A stretch of DNA of 64,000 nucleotides from an uncultured Gemmatimonadales bacterium (GTDB lineage Bacteria > Gemmatimonadota > Gemmatimonadetes > Gemmatimonadales > GWC2-71-9): NCBI GenBank assembly GCA_963730185.1, contig CAVSQW010000008.1, positions 160,001-224,000 on the forward strand. The letters are read 5' to 3'. The first letter of the stretch is position 1; each line of letters begins with the position of its first letter. This document shows positions 51,679 to 63,282 of this stretch, piece by piece. Below the pieces are notes generated by a model, which saw only the letters and a program-made list of their open reading frames with translations, did not search any database and was not told the origin of the DNA. The position numbers and the translations under genes were made by a program.

Positions 51679-53052
51679 ATGCGCTTTTCCCTCGCCGGCC
51701 TGGCGATCCTTGGCTTTGCGACCACCGCCTGGGCCCAGGACCCCGGCCAGTCGGTCCGGCCGTTCGACCAGAAGCACGGCGGCAGTGAACACCTGCACAT
51801 GATTGCTCACGTCGTCACCCATCCCGGCGCGTGGAAGGCATCCGACATAGAGATGGAGCAGGACCCCGGGCGGCCCTATGTGTACGTCTCGGGCTTCGTC
51901 AACTTCGACGCCCAGATCTACGACGTGAAGGACCCGGCTCACCCCAAGAAGATCTACGACTGGACCATCGAGAACCCGGAGCTCCACCGCGGGATCGGGG
52001 CGATGGACGGCAAGTACTTCAAGATCGGGAACAAGTACTACTACGCCCAGTCGTACCAGTTCATGCAGGGGAGCCCCGACGAGAATCTGGGCGCCGTGAT
52101 CTTCGACGTCACCGGCTTGCCCGATCCGAGCAAAGTCAAAGTGGTGGCCCGGATCAACTACCCCGCCGCCCCGGGCGGGTTCCACAACACCTTCGCCTAC
52201 AAGCACTCGGATGGCCGGGTGCTCTATTTCGCCACCGCCAACGAGCCCAACGCTCTGGTCTTCGATCTCGCCAAAGTGGTGAGCGGCGCGCCCGAGAGCG
52301 AGTCGCTGATCGGCAAGGTCCCGAACCCGACCCCGTTCCGGCAGACGGGGACCGGCGGCTACCACGACTTCTACGTCGCCTACGATCCGGGCACCCACCA
52401 GGACAAATTCTATGGCGCCGGCCTGGGCGGCTATTCGACCTGGGACGTCACCAACCCGGAGAGCCCCAAGCAGCTCTTCACCATCACCGGTCTGGGCCTC
52501 GACATCGCCCACACCTTCACGCCCTCGCCCGACGGCCACTACGCCGTGACCGAGACGGAGTATCAGTACACCCCGCTCCGGGTCTGGGACCTCTCGCGGG
52601 CCCAGAAGGGTGAGGTCCACAACCTCGACGTGCCGATCGCGGGTTGGGCGGCCGACTGGCGCGACCTCTCGCACAACCACGAGGTCCGCTGGCCCTACGT
52701 GTTCGTCTCGGCCTACGAGGACGGCATGCAGGTGTTCGACCTCAAGGATCCGACCAATCCCAAGACCGACGGCTACTACTTCACCTGCGAGTGCACCCAC
52801 ATGCACGGCTTCGGCGGCGGGCCGAACGCCGGGTATGAGAGCACCATCAGCGTGGAGCAGGGGGCCTTCGGCGTCGACGTCCGCAATTCCGATGGGCTGA
52901 TCGTTCTGTCGGACATGCGGAGCGGGCTCTGGCTCTTCAAGCTCGACGGCTTCAACGGGTGGAACGGTCACGACGTCGGGATGCCCAACATCTCCAGCGT
53001 CCAGGACTACGATCACGGGCCGGAGGGCGCGCCGCACCGCACCGGTCCATGA
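51679..53052 (+). CDS. Secreted LVIVD-repeat beta-propeller protein
   Basis: Signal peptide; repeated (I/V/W)(Y/F)DV.DP..PK strands; several conserved His (HNTF, HDFY, HTF, HNHE). Confidence 0.8.
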   Translation: MRFSLAGLAILGFATTAWAQDPGQSVRPFDQKHGGSEHLHMIAHVVTHPGAWKASDIEMEQDPGRPYVYVSGFVNFDAQIYDVKDPAHPKKIYDWTIENPELHRGIGAMDGKYFKIGNKYYYAQSYQFMQGSPDENLGAVIFDVTGLPDPSKVKVVARINYPAAPGGFHNTFAYKHSDGRVLYFATANEPNALVFDLAKVVSGAPESESLIGKVPNPTPFRQTGTGGYHDFYVAYDPGTHQDKFYGAGLGGYSTWDVTNPESPKQLFTITGLGLDIAHTFTPSPDGHYAVTETEYQYTPLRVWDLSRAQKGEVHNLDVPIAGWAADWRDLSHNHEVRWPYVFVSAYEDGMQVFDLKDPTNPKTDGYYFTCECTHMHGFGGGPNAGYESTISVEQGAFGVDVRNSDGLIVLSDMRSGLWLFKLDGFNGWNGHDVGMPNISSVQDYDHGPEGAPHRTGP

Positions 53053-53510
53053 ACCCGGCGGCCCTTGCCCTCCTTCTCCTCACGATGGGGAACGGGCCGT
53101 TCGACATCATGATGTTCGCCACCTCCACGGCTCCGGCGGTGGAGGGGGCGGCCCGTCTGGTGTACGCCCCGTCACCATTCGGGATCGCGGTAACGGCCGA
53201 CGGCCGGGCCAGCTACGAGGCCCAGATCACCGTCTCCCACCTGCCGCCGCCCGACAGTCTCGGCGCCTTCACCAGTTACGTGGCCTGGGAAACGACCACC
53301 GATCTGAGCGAATGGCACCGGCTGGGCACCGTTCAAAACGGTCGGAACACGGTCGGCCGGCTCGAGCTCAACAAGTTCCTCCTGGTCGTCACCGCCGAGC
53401 CCGATTCCCTGGCGGCCACCCGGGCGGGACCAACGGTGCTACACGGCAACTCACCCAGCGGATGGCTCCAGTCGTTCATCACCCATCCGCTCTTCCGGGG
53501 GGTCAACTGA
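53049..53510 (+). CDS. Hypothetical exported protein
   Basis: ATGA/TGATG coupling on both sides; YVAW, LVVTAE beta-rich domain. Confidence 0.65.
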   Translation: MNPAALALLLLTMGNGPFDIMMFATSTAPAVEGAARLVYAPSPFGIAVTADGRASYEAQITVSHLPPPDSLGAFTSYVAWETTTDLSEWHRLGTVQNGRNTVGRLELNKFLLVVTAEPDSLAATRAGPTVLHGNSPSGWLQSFITHPLFRGVN

Positions 53511-55212
53511 TGCGGCGCCTTGGCTCGGTCGCCGCCGGGCTGGCGTTCTCCCTGGCCGGGCTCGCGCCCGCGTCGGCGCAGGACCCGCCCCACCAGCACC
53601 AGATGGGCGGCGACACCACCATGGCCATGCCCATTCCGATGCCCAAAGGCATGAAGATGATGCCCGGGCTGGTGGGTCTCACCCCGCCGGTCACGCCGTT
53701 CCTCCCGGGTGGCGGGGTCGACCCGATGACCCTGCCCGCGGTCAAGCCGTCCGAGGTGGCCAAGCTCGCCGACGGCGACACCCTGAACCTGACCGCGATG
53801 CTGGTCCGTCGGACGGTGCGGGGCAAGCCGTTCGCGATGTACGGCTTCAACGGGCAGGTGCCCGGCCCCCTGATCCGGGTGCCCCAGAACGCCACCATCA
53901 CCATCCGCTTCCACAACGCGATCGACCTGCCCACCACGGTCCACTGGCACGGTGTCCGGCTCGACAACCGGTTCGACGGCGTGCCCGGCACCACCCAGGA
54001 TCCGGTCCCCCCCGGCGGCGACTTCGTTTACCGGGTGCACTTTCCCGACGCGGGGATCTACTGGTACCACCCCCACGTCCGGGAGGACATCGAGCAGCCG
54101 ATGGGGCTGTTCGGGAACATGCTGGTCGACTCGCCCGATCCCGGCTACTACTCGCCGGTGAACGAGGAACAGGCGCTGATCCTCGACGACCTGCTGGTCC
54201 ACGGCGACAGCTTGATCCCGTTCGGCAAGGAGGCGACCGACTTCGCCCTGATGGGGCGGCTCGGCAACTGCAGCTGGTCAACGGCGAGCCGAACTACTCG
54301 TTGCACGTCAAGCGGGGCGCGGTGGTGCGGTTCTACTTCACCAACGTGGCCAACTCGCGGACCTACAACGTCTCGTTCAGCGGTGCGCCCATCAAGGTGG
54401 TCGCGTCGGACGTGAGCAAGTTCGAGCGGGAGGAGATGGTGCCCAGCGTGGTCCTCGCCCCCGCCGAGCGGAACGTGGTCGAGGTCCGGTTCGACCGGCC
54501 CGGCCGCTATGCCTTGGTCAATGCCGTCCAGGCCATCAACCACTACAAGGGCGAGTTCGAGCCCGAGGTCGACACCCTGGGTGTCGTCACCGTGGACCCG
54601 GCGCCGGCCGCGCCGGACTATGCCGGCCAGTTCGCCACCCTCCGGACCAACGACGCGGTCACCCGCGACATCGACCACTACCGGCCCTTCTTCGGCAAGG
54701 CCCCTGACAAGACCTTCACCCTCACCGTCCGTCCGTCGGGACTGCCGCTCGCGACGGTCCAGTTCATGACCATCGACACGGCGTACTATGCCCCGGTCGA
54801 ATGGGTCGACGGCATGCCGGCGATGAACTGGCTCTCCACGGCCAAGCAGGTCACCTGGATCATCCGGGACGACGCGACGGGCAAGGAGAACATGGACATC
54901 GACTGGCACGTGAAGCAGGGGTCGGTCGTCAAGCTCCGGATCGTGAACGACCCCAAGTCGTTTCACCCGATGCAGCATCCGATCCACCTGCACGGCCAGC
55001 GGATGCTGGTGGTGTCGCGCGACGGCGTGCCGACCCGTAACCTGGTCTGGAAGGACACGGTGATCGTGCCGGTCGGCTCGACGGTCGACCTGCTGATCGA
55101 CGCCTCCAACCCAGGCGCCTGGATGCTGCATTGCCACATCGCGGAGCACCTGGGGTCCGGGATGATGACGGTGATGCACGTCGACGCCGCGAGCGGAGGC
55201 AGGCGACCGTAG
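53510..55212 (+). CDS. Multicopper oxidase (one frameshift near 54268)
   Basis: HWHG, WYHPH, HPIHLHG, HCHIAEHLGSGM; Met-rich N terminus. Confidence 0.92.
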
Positions 55213-55319
55213 CCGGCGGGTCTCTCGACAGGGGTCCTCCGCCCTACTAGAGTTAGGGACAGATTCCGATCCGTCGGCCTTGGCCGGCCCGAAGTTGCTC
55301 GAGAAAAGGACGAGTCGGC

Positions 55320-57894
55320 GTGTTGGCGCGACGAGTTGCCTTTCTCCTCGTTGCGGTCACCCTCGTGACCGGGCTTGCCGTTGGGCTTCTTACCAGGGCC
55401 CGACTGGTGCAGTTGACTATTCCCCTCGAACTGGGCCGGATGCAGGCGCACGCCGCCGACCTGGCCTCCAAACTCCAAGCCTACGAGTCCGGGGCCCGCG
55501 AGACCGTCGTCGCGCTGGCCGCGGCCCCGGGCACCGTCGATGCCGTCTCGGCCGGCCTCGGTCCGCCCCACTCCGGCGGCGCTGAGGCAGAGGGACCGCC
55601 TGGCCCGGACTTTCGGCGGCCAGCTGCGGGCCCGACCTTGGCTCCTCCAGCTCCGGTTGCTCGGGACCAATGGCCTCGAGCTGGTTCGAGTGGACCGTTC
55701 GACCGATGGGGGCTCTCGGATGACGCCCGCCGGCGATCTCCAGGACAAGAGTCAGCGTCCGTACGTGGCCCAGGGCCTGGCGCTCGGAGCCGGCCAGGCC
55801 GGGCTCTCCCTCCTCGAGCCGAACCAAGAGCGGGGCCGGATCGAGCGTCCGGTCATTCCGGTGTTTCGCGCGGTGTCGCCCGTGGTGGCCGGGGGGCGAA
55901 CGATCGGGCTGATCGTCGCGAACGTCGACGCCCGCTGGGTGCTCGGGAGCCTCCGGTCGTCGCTCTATCCCACCAGTCGGGTCTACATCGTGATGGGAAC
56001 CGGCGACTTCGCCGTCAACCCGGACGATCCGGCCGGCGTTTTCTCCCGGGCCCTCCTGCCACCGGGATCCGCCGCTCCGGCGCCCGCCTGGACCGAGCGG
56101 CTCGGGATCGACCCGAGCGCGGTCGCCGCCGGCCGATCGGCGACCATGCTGGTGAAGGGTCGCCAAGGGGCTCGCGGCGTCGCCCTGGTGCCCACCGACC
56201 TGGCACCGGAGGTTCGGATCGTCGAAACCGCGCCGCGCGACGAGCTGGTGGCCGGAATGGCCGATGCTTACCGGGCGAGCCTCGGGATTCCGGCCCTGGC
56301 CGCGGCCGGGGTGTTGGCCGTTGGCCTCATGATGACCCGGCGACTGGCTCGTCAGGTCGACCAGACGGCGCGGGCCAACGTCGAGCTCGCCACCCAGCGG
56401 GCCAACGAGCGGCGGTACGTCGCGGTCATCGAGTCGTCGGCCGACGCCGTCCTGACCCTGGATCCGGCCGGCCGCATCTCCTCCTTCAATCGGGCGGCGG
56501 AGGAGCTCTACGGCTATCCCTCCGCCGCCGTCCTCGGGCGACCCGTCGACATCCTGGTCCCGCCGGAGCGCCGGGCCGAGCTGGCCGGGCTCCGGCGGCG
56601 AGCGGAAGCGGGCGAGCGGCTCACCGTCGAGAGTCAGCGGCGCCACCGCTCGGGGCGGCTGGTGGACGTGTCCCTCAGCCTGTCCCCCATCCTCGATGCC
56701 GCCGGCCGGCCGGTCGGGATCGCGAAGATTGCCCGCGACATCACCGCCCGGAACGAAGCGGAGGAACGATTCCGGCTGGTGGTCGAGCAGTCGCCGTCAG
56801 GCGTCTGCGTCGTGGACCGGGCTGGGCGGATCGAGCTGGTGAACCGCCAGATGGAGACGATGTTCGGCTATGCTCGCGCCGAGCTGCTGGGAATGGGGGT
56901 CGAGGCGTTGCTCCCGAATCGAGTGCGCGAGCAGCACGCTTCCCTGCGAGACGGTTACTGTGCGGCCCCCACGAGCCGGCCTATGGGCCAGGGACGCGAT
57001 CTCTTCGGCCGGCGGAAGGACGGCTCCGAGCTGGTGGCGGAGATCGGGCTCAGCCCCATTCGGATTCGGGGCGAGCTCAGCACGCTCTGCCTCATCGTCG
57101 ACGTCACCGAAAGGAAGGAGGCGGCCGATCGGCTGGCGGCGTATGCCGACCAGCTCGAACGGAGCAACGCGGACCTGCAGCGATTTGCCCATGTCATCTC
57201 GCACGATCTGAGAGCTCCCCTCCGCGGGATTGCGACGGTGGCGGAGTGGTTGGAGCGGGACTTCGGCCCGGTCGTGGATGCGGACGCCCGCGAGAACCTC
57301 CAGCTGATGCGGGACCGGATCGACCGCCTCGGGCGGTTGATCGTCGGGATCCTCGAGTACAGTCGGGTGGGAAGCGTCGTGGCCGACCGCAGCCTGGTCC
57401 GGGTGGAGGCCGTGGTGGCCGATGTGTTGGCGTCGATCGAGGTGTCGGCGGGCGTCTCGGTCGAGATCGGGGGGCCCCTCCCGGATGTGGTGTATAACGA
57501 GATCCAGCTCCGACAGGTCTTCCAAAATCTCGTGGTCAACGCCCTGACCCACGGCGGTCCGGCGCTCCGCCGGGTGATGATTTCCGGCGATCGGAAGCCG
57601 GATGCGGTTCGCTTCGCCGTTCGGGACGACGGGCAAGGCATTCCGGAGCGACACTTTGAACGGATCTTTGGCTTGTTCCAAACCCTGCGGCCCCAGGGGC
57701 CGGGCGGTAGCACCGGGGCCGGGCTCGCCATCGTCAAGCGGATCGTGGAAGACAACGGAGGAGCCATCGTGGTCGAGTCCCGGGAGGGCGAAGGCGCGAC
57801 CTTCACATTTTCGGTGCCGGGCCAGCCGATGCCGGGCCAGCTCCCCGTCCGGTCGGAATCGCCCGACGAGAAGGACCTGCCCCATGCGACGTGA
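55320..57894 (+). CDS. Membrane sensor histidine kinase with Cache-like and two PAS domains (one frameshift near 55560)
   Basis: TM, periplasmic domain, TM, 2 PAS, SHDLRAPL, N/G boxes. Confidence 0.88.
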
Positions 57895-58324
57895 TGTCCC
57901 CCTCCTGGTGATCGAGGACGACGCCATTGATGTCAAGAACTACATCCGGGCCTTTGCGGCGCTTCGGGTCTCCAATCCCATCCATTACGTGACCGACGGG
58001 GAGGATGCCCTGGCCCTGCTTCGCCGGGAGCCCCCCTTCACGGACGCGAGCCGGTTCCCGAGACCGAGCCTCATGCTCCTCGACCTCAACATGCCGAGGC
58101 TGAGCGGGCTCTCCTTCCTGGCGGCGTGCAAGGCCGATCCGAGCTTGCGGTCGATCCCGGCCGTGGTGATGACCACCTCCGACCAAGTGAGCGACCAACG
58201 GCAGTGTTACGAGCTCGGGGCAGCCGGCTTTCTGGTCAAGCCGATGGCCTTCGACGCCTTCGTCGAATGTCTTCGGCGCTTCGACCAATACTGGACGCTC
58301 TGCGAGGTCCCGACTTATGAATGA
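57884..58324 (+). CDS. Single-domain response regulator (Rcp1-like)
   Basis: IEDD, LLDLNMP, MTTS, KP, YW near the C terminus. Confidence 0.9.
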   Translation: MRRDVPLLVIEDDAIDVKNYIRAFAALRVSNPIHYVTDGEDALALLRREPPFTDASRFPRPSLMLLDLNMPRLSGLSFLAACKADPSLRSIPAVVMTTSDQVSDQRQCYELGAAGFLVKPMAFDAFVECLRRFDQYWTLCEVPTYE

Positions 58325-61300
58325 GCGAGTCCCGCCGTTTCTGGTCTGTCTCGGGGCCTCGGGCGGTGGCCTCGAGGCCCTGGAGCAGTTCTTCGCCCGC
58401 ATGGCACCCGATACCAGTGCCGCCTTCGTGGTGATTGCCCATGCCGCCGCCGAGCTCGAGAGCTCGTTGGGCGAGGTCCTGACCCGGTCCACGGCCATGC
58501 CGGTCCGCCTGGCCGATGAGGAGACGGTGCCCGAAGGCAACACCATTTTTCTCGTCCGCTCGGGAACGGACCTGGTGTATCGCGACGGAGCCCTCCGCGT
58601 CGCGGACCCAGGATCGCCGCGGTGTTCCCCAGCAGCCCTTCGACCGCTTCCTGCACTCGCTGGCTACCGTCGACGCGCCACGGGCGGTCGCGGTGATTCT
58701 GTCGGGCAACGGGAGCGATGGGGCGCGCGGGCTCCGGGCGCTGAAGGAGGCGGGCGGGACCGTGATGGCCCAGGCGCCCGAGACCGCCCGGTATGACGGG
58801 ATGCCGCGCTCGGCGCTCGAGACCGGTCTGGTCGACAGCGCTGGTGCCCCGGAGGTGCTGGCCGAACGGGTGATGCAGGTGCTCCTGAACGACGCGGCGA
58901 TCGCGCGGGCGACCCGGGATCCGGATGAGGGCGTGATGGCGGTGCTCGACGCGTTGCGAACCCGCCACGCGGTGGATCTGAGCTACCTGCGGACCTCGAT
59001 GCTCGGACGACGGACGCAACGGAGGATGATGTTGCTCGGGATCACCGCGATGGCGGACTACGTCGACCGGCTGGTCGCCGATCCGGCCGAGGCCCGGCTA
59101 TTGATCCAGGACACGATGATGAGAGTGAGCGGGTTTTTCCGTGACCCGGACGCCTTTGCGGCGCTCCAGGCGAGCATCGGTCCGAGCCTCCTCCGGTCGC
59201 GCGCCGACGACCAGTTCCGGGTCTGGGTCCCGGCGTGTGCCTCGGGCGAGGAGGCCTACTCGATCGCGATCCTGGTTCTGGAAGCGCTCGAGGTCAACCA
59301 GCTCCGACGGGAGGTCAAGATCCTGGCGACCGACATCGATCTGGACTCGTTGGCGTTCGCCGGTCGTGGGGTCTATCCAGGCACCGCCGCGGTGGACCTC
59401 GGGCCGAGCCGGATGGCCCGTTTCTTCGACCCGACGCCCGCGGGCATCGCGGCGCGGAAGGAGCTGCGGGACCGGATCGTGTTCGCGCGCCACAACCTGG
59501 TGATGGATCCGCCGTACACTCGGATCGATCTGGTGAGCTGCCGGAACCTGCTGATCTACCTCAATCCGGAGGCGCAGCGACAGGTGTTGGGGGCGCTGCA
59601 CTTCGCTCTCCGAAGCAGCGGGCTCCTGTTCCTCGGCTCGGCGGAGAGCCTCGGGGACATGCAGTCGGAGTTCCACGTCCTCGATCCCGCGGCCAAGCTC
59701 TATCGAAAGCGCGGCGACGGGGCCGTGCCGATGGCTCGGCGGTGGAGCGCGGGGCAGCATGGTCCCGGTACGACCGGACCGATCGGAGCCAGGCGGGCCG
59801 ACATCACCGACGAGAATCACCGGGCCATCATCGAGGCGCTCGCCACGAGTGACGAGCGATCGATTGCGCTGCTGAGTACCGAAGGGAGCCTGATCGACAT
59901 CATCGCCGATCCGCTGGCCTTGTTTCGATTGCCGACCGGACGCCCGAGCGCGGACGTCCTCCGGCTGCTGGTCCCCCGGGCGATGGCCGCCGTCACGGCG
60001 GGTCTCCAACGGCTCCGGCGGGGCGAGCCAGAGGGTCGCTTCGACCTGCCGCCCGCGCTTGACGACGACCGCCCTTTGGTGCTCCGGCTCCAACGGCTGG
60101 CGGCCGTGGGATCGACCGGGGAACGGGTGCTGTTGGTGGCCCAACCGGCCCGACGCCCGTCTTCCGGCGCGGCCGCCGATCCGGCTGGCGGGGAGGCCGA
60201 CTCGGTCACCGACCCAGGGACGCTCGCGGCCGAGCTGATGCAGACCCGTGAGAGTCTCCGATGCTCGATCGAGGAGCTCCAGAGTGCCAACGAAGAGCAG
60301 CAGAGCACGAACGAGGAGCTGGTCGCCTCGAACGAAGAGCTCCAGCGCACGAACGACGAGCTCCAATCGGTCAATGAAGAGCTCTTTACCGTCAACGTCG
60401 AGTATCGGAAGAAACACGAGGAGCTCACCGTCCTGGCCGCCGACCTCGAGAACCTCCTGAATAGCATCACCGTCGGGGTGCTGTTCCTCGATGCCAGCCT
60501 CAAGATCCGCAAGTTCACTGCCCGCATGGCGCCGATCGTCGAGCTCCGGGATCTGGACGTGGGCCGCTCGATCGAGCATTTCACGTCGAGCCTCGGTCCC
60601 GACTTCGTCGCCGACGTGAGCCGGGTGCTGGAGACCGGTGAGGTCGTGGAGCGGGAGCGCCGGAGCCTCGATGGGGCCTGGTTGCTGCTCCGGATCCGGC
60701 CCTATCGGACGGAGTTGGATCAGCAACAGGGCGTGGTGGCCACCTTTTTCGACGTCACCCCCCTCAAGAACGCGCACGAAGTCGTCCACGCGGGGAGCGA
60801 TCAGCTCTCGGCCATCAAGCAGGAGCTGGCCCAGCGGCGCGAGGAGGTCGAGGAGATGTTCTCGATCGTGGCCCACGATCTCAAACGCCCGGTGGTGGCG
60901 CTCGACGGCCTGCTTTGGCTCATGGCCGACAAGGACGAGGCCGGCGAGGAGCCCGGCGACCTCCTGGCCCGGGCGCAGCGGGAATGCCATCGCATGCGCC
61001 AGATGCTGCTCGATCTCGAGGGCATTGCCGGCATTCTTCGCCGGGAGATCGCCGTCGAGGACGTCTCGCTCCAGTCGTGGTTGGACGAGCTGGTTGGCCC
61101 CTATCGCGCGGACGCCGAGTCCTTGGGCATCCGAATCAACTGTACCTCCGACATCGGCCACTACGTCTTGGCCACGGGCTTCCTGGCCGAGATCGTCGGC
61201 AACCTGATCGAGAACGCGGTGAAGTACGGTTCTTCGAACCAGAACCCGCGGATCGACGTCTCCTGCCGGGTGAACGAGGGTACCCTCGAGCTCGCGGTCT

Positions 61301-61985
61301 CCGACAACGGGCCCGGCATCGCCGGGGACGACCACCGCCGCGTGTTCGAGCCCTTTCGCCGGCTGGATCCATCCGCCGCCGAGGGCTCCGGAGTCGGGCT
61401 GATGGCCGTGAAGCGACTGGTGCAGCGGTTGGGAGGTACCATCGACTTGGTGTCGGCCCGGGGTCAGGGCGCCAAGTTCACCGCCCGGGTCCCGCTGTCG
61501 CCGGCGCTGGGGCTGAGGGGCAAGGGGCGGAACGGCCCAAGGTGCTGCTGGTGGAGGACGACGACCTCGACGCCAAAGTGGTCGAACGGTTCCTGGGAAC
61601 AGGTATGTCGGTTACCCGAGCCCCGACCATGGCCCAGGCCGAGGTCGAGCTCCGGCGCGGGAAACTGGATCTGGTCCTGCTGGATCTGTCGCTCCCCGAC
61701 GGGCACGGCCTTCAGCTAATTGCCAAGGTCCGGGATCTCTTGGGGCCGTCGGTGCCGATCGTGGTCATCTCGGGGCATGGTGAGGGGGTCGACCGGCGAG
61801 ACACCTATGGGCTCATCGGAGGCTTCGTTTCGAAATCCGAGCTGGATGCCGATACTCTCCTTCGTGAAGTCAACTTCGCCCGCGAGAACCTCCCGCACGC
61901 GGGGCGCCCGACGGTGACCGTCAACATGGGGAACACCAACGATGAGCGGCGCGGCCCGATTGCGGATCCTCCACGCGGACGATGA
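58317..61985 (+). CDS. CheB-CheR-PAS-histidine kinase-REC hybrid (frameshifts near 58603 and 61525)
   Basis: GASGGG/H/SDG (CheB), CASGEEAYS, ATDID, SCRNLLIY (CheR), EELQS coiled coil, AHDLKRP, G boxes, REC LLVEDD..LLDL. Confidence 0.88.
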
Positions 61986-62400
61986 CGACTCGTTTCAGCT
62001 GCTGGTCCGGCGGGCGCTGACCATTCAAGGCCTGACGGACCGGTGCTCGGTCCAATTCGTCAGCGACGGCAAGGACGTGGTGGATTACGTGGCCGGCGTC
62101 GGCGCCTACCAAAATCGGTCGTCATTTCCGCTCCCCCACCTGATCGTCCTCGACCAGCGGATGCAAGCCATGGATGGGATCGACGCCTTGAAACAGATCC
62201 GGTTGGATCGGGAAGGTCGGCGAATTCCCGTCCTGATCTTCAGTACCGCGGCGAGCGACGCCTTGTTGGACGCGTGCTACGCCAACGGAGCCGCTCTGTG
62301 CGTCGAGAAGCCGATGGAGTTCGGTCGGCTCGGACCGATGTTCGAGCACATCGTCAACTTCGCGACCGAGGTGCTCCGGCTACCGGACGCGAGACCCTAG
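61942..62400 (+). CDS. Single-domain response regulator
   Basis: ADDD, VLDQRM, FST, KP. Confidence 0.88.
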   Translation: MSGAARLRILHADDDDSFQLLVRRALTIQGLTDRCSVQFVSDGKDVVDYVAGVGAYQNRSSFPLPHLIVLDQRMQAMDGIDALKQIRLDREGRRIPVLIFSTAASDALLDACYANGAALCVEKPMEFGRLGPMFEHIVNFATEVLRLPDARP

Positions 62401-62545
62401 ACTGGTTCCGCGGCCCGGGTTTCCAGCGGGTCGATTTCAGGTCTCCCAGCCGCTGCCGATACTTGCACATATCGCCGGCACTGGGGGCCTCCCTCCAGAG
62501 CGTCCCCTCGACCTCAGTCAGCCGGCCCGTCGGAGGAGACCGACG

Positions 62546-63280
62546 ATGGCGGAAGCGCTGCTGGAGGCCCAGGAGGAGGAGATCCAGGCCCTGCTTCATG
62601 TCGTGACCCACGACCTGAGGGAGCCCCTCCGGGCGATCGTGGGGTTCTCGCAGATCATCGAATCGCAATACCAGGACCGCCTCGACCCGGCCGGGCGCGA
62701 CTATTTGGCCCGGGTGTCCCGGGCGGCCGTGCGGATGGACCATCTCATCCGAGACCTCGGAACCCTGAGTCGAGCCCGTCGGCTGGTGCCGCCCGCCCGT
62801 CTGGTCCGGCTCTCGGACCTGGTTGGCGCCGCCCTGGTCCGCCTGGGAGACCAGGTCCGAGCCCGCGGGGCCACGGTCCGGGTGCTCGACGGCCTCGGTG
62901 AGGCCGCGGTCGATCCGCCCTGGGGGGTCGAGGCGATCTGCCAGCTTCTGTTGAACGGTCTCACTTTCAGCGGTCCCGACCGCCCGCCCGAGCTCGAGAT
63001 TGGGCCCTGGTCCGAGCCCGACGCGGTGGGGCTGGCCGTCGGAGACCGGGGGCCCGGCGTGCCGACTGGCCAGGCAGAGCGGATCTTTCGCCTCTTCCAG
63101 CGGGCCGTGGGGCGGGAGGTGGCCGGGACGGGGGCTGGGTTGGCGATCGTTCGGCAGGTGGCCCAGCGGCACGGAGGGCGAGCGTGGGTCCGCCCTCGGG
63201 CGGAGGGGGGAGCGGAGTTCGTGTTGACCTTTCGACGACTTGCCTCGCCATTCACGACCAACGGAGACGGACCGGGCTGA
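62546..63280 (+). CDS. Sensor-less histidine kinase (HisKA plus HATPase)
   Basis: THDLREPLR, D.GPG, GTGAGLAIV; GGAG RBS. Confidence 0.85.
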   Translation: MAEALLEAQEEEIQALLHVVTHDLREPLRAIVGFSQIIESQYQDRLDPAGRDYLARVSRAAVRMDHLIRDLGTLSRARRLVPPARLVRLSDLVGAALVRLGDQVRARGATVRVLDGLGEAAVDPPWGVEAICQLLLNGLTFSGPDRPPELEIGPWSEPDAVGLAVGDRGPGVPTGQAERIFRLFQRAVGREVAGTGAGLAIVRQVAQRHGGRAWVRPRAEGGAEFVLTFRRLASPFTTNGDGPG

Positions 63281-63282
63281 CC

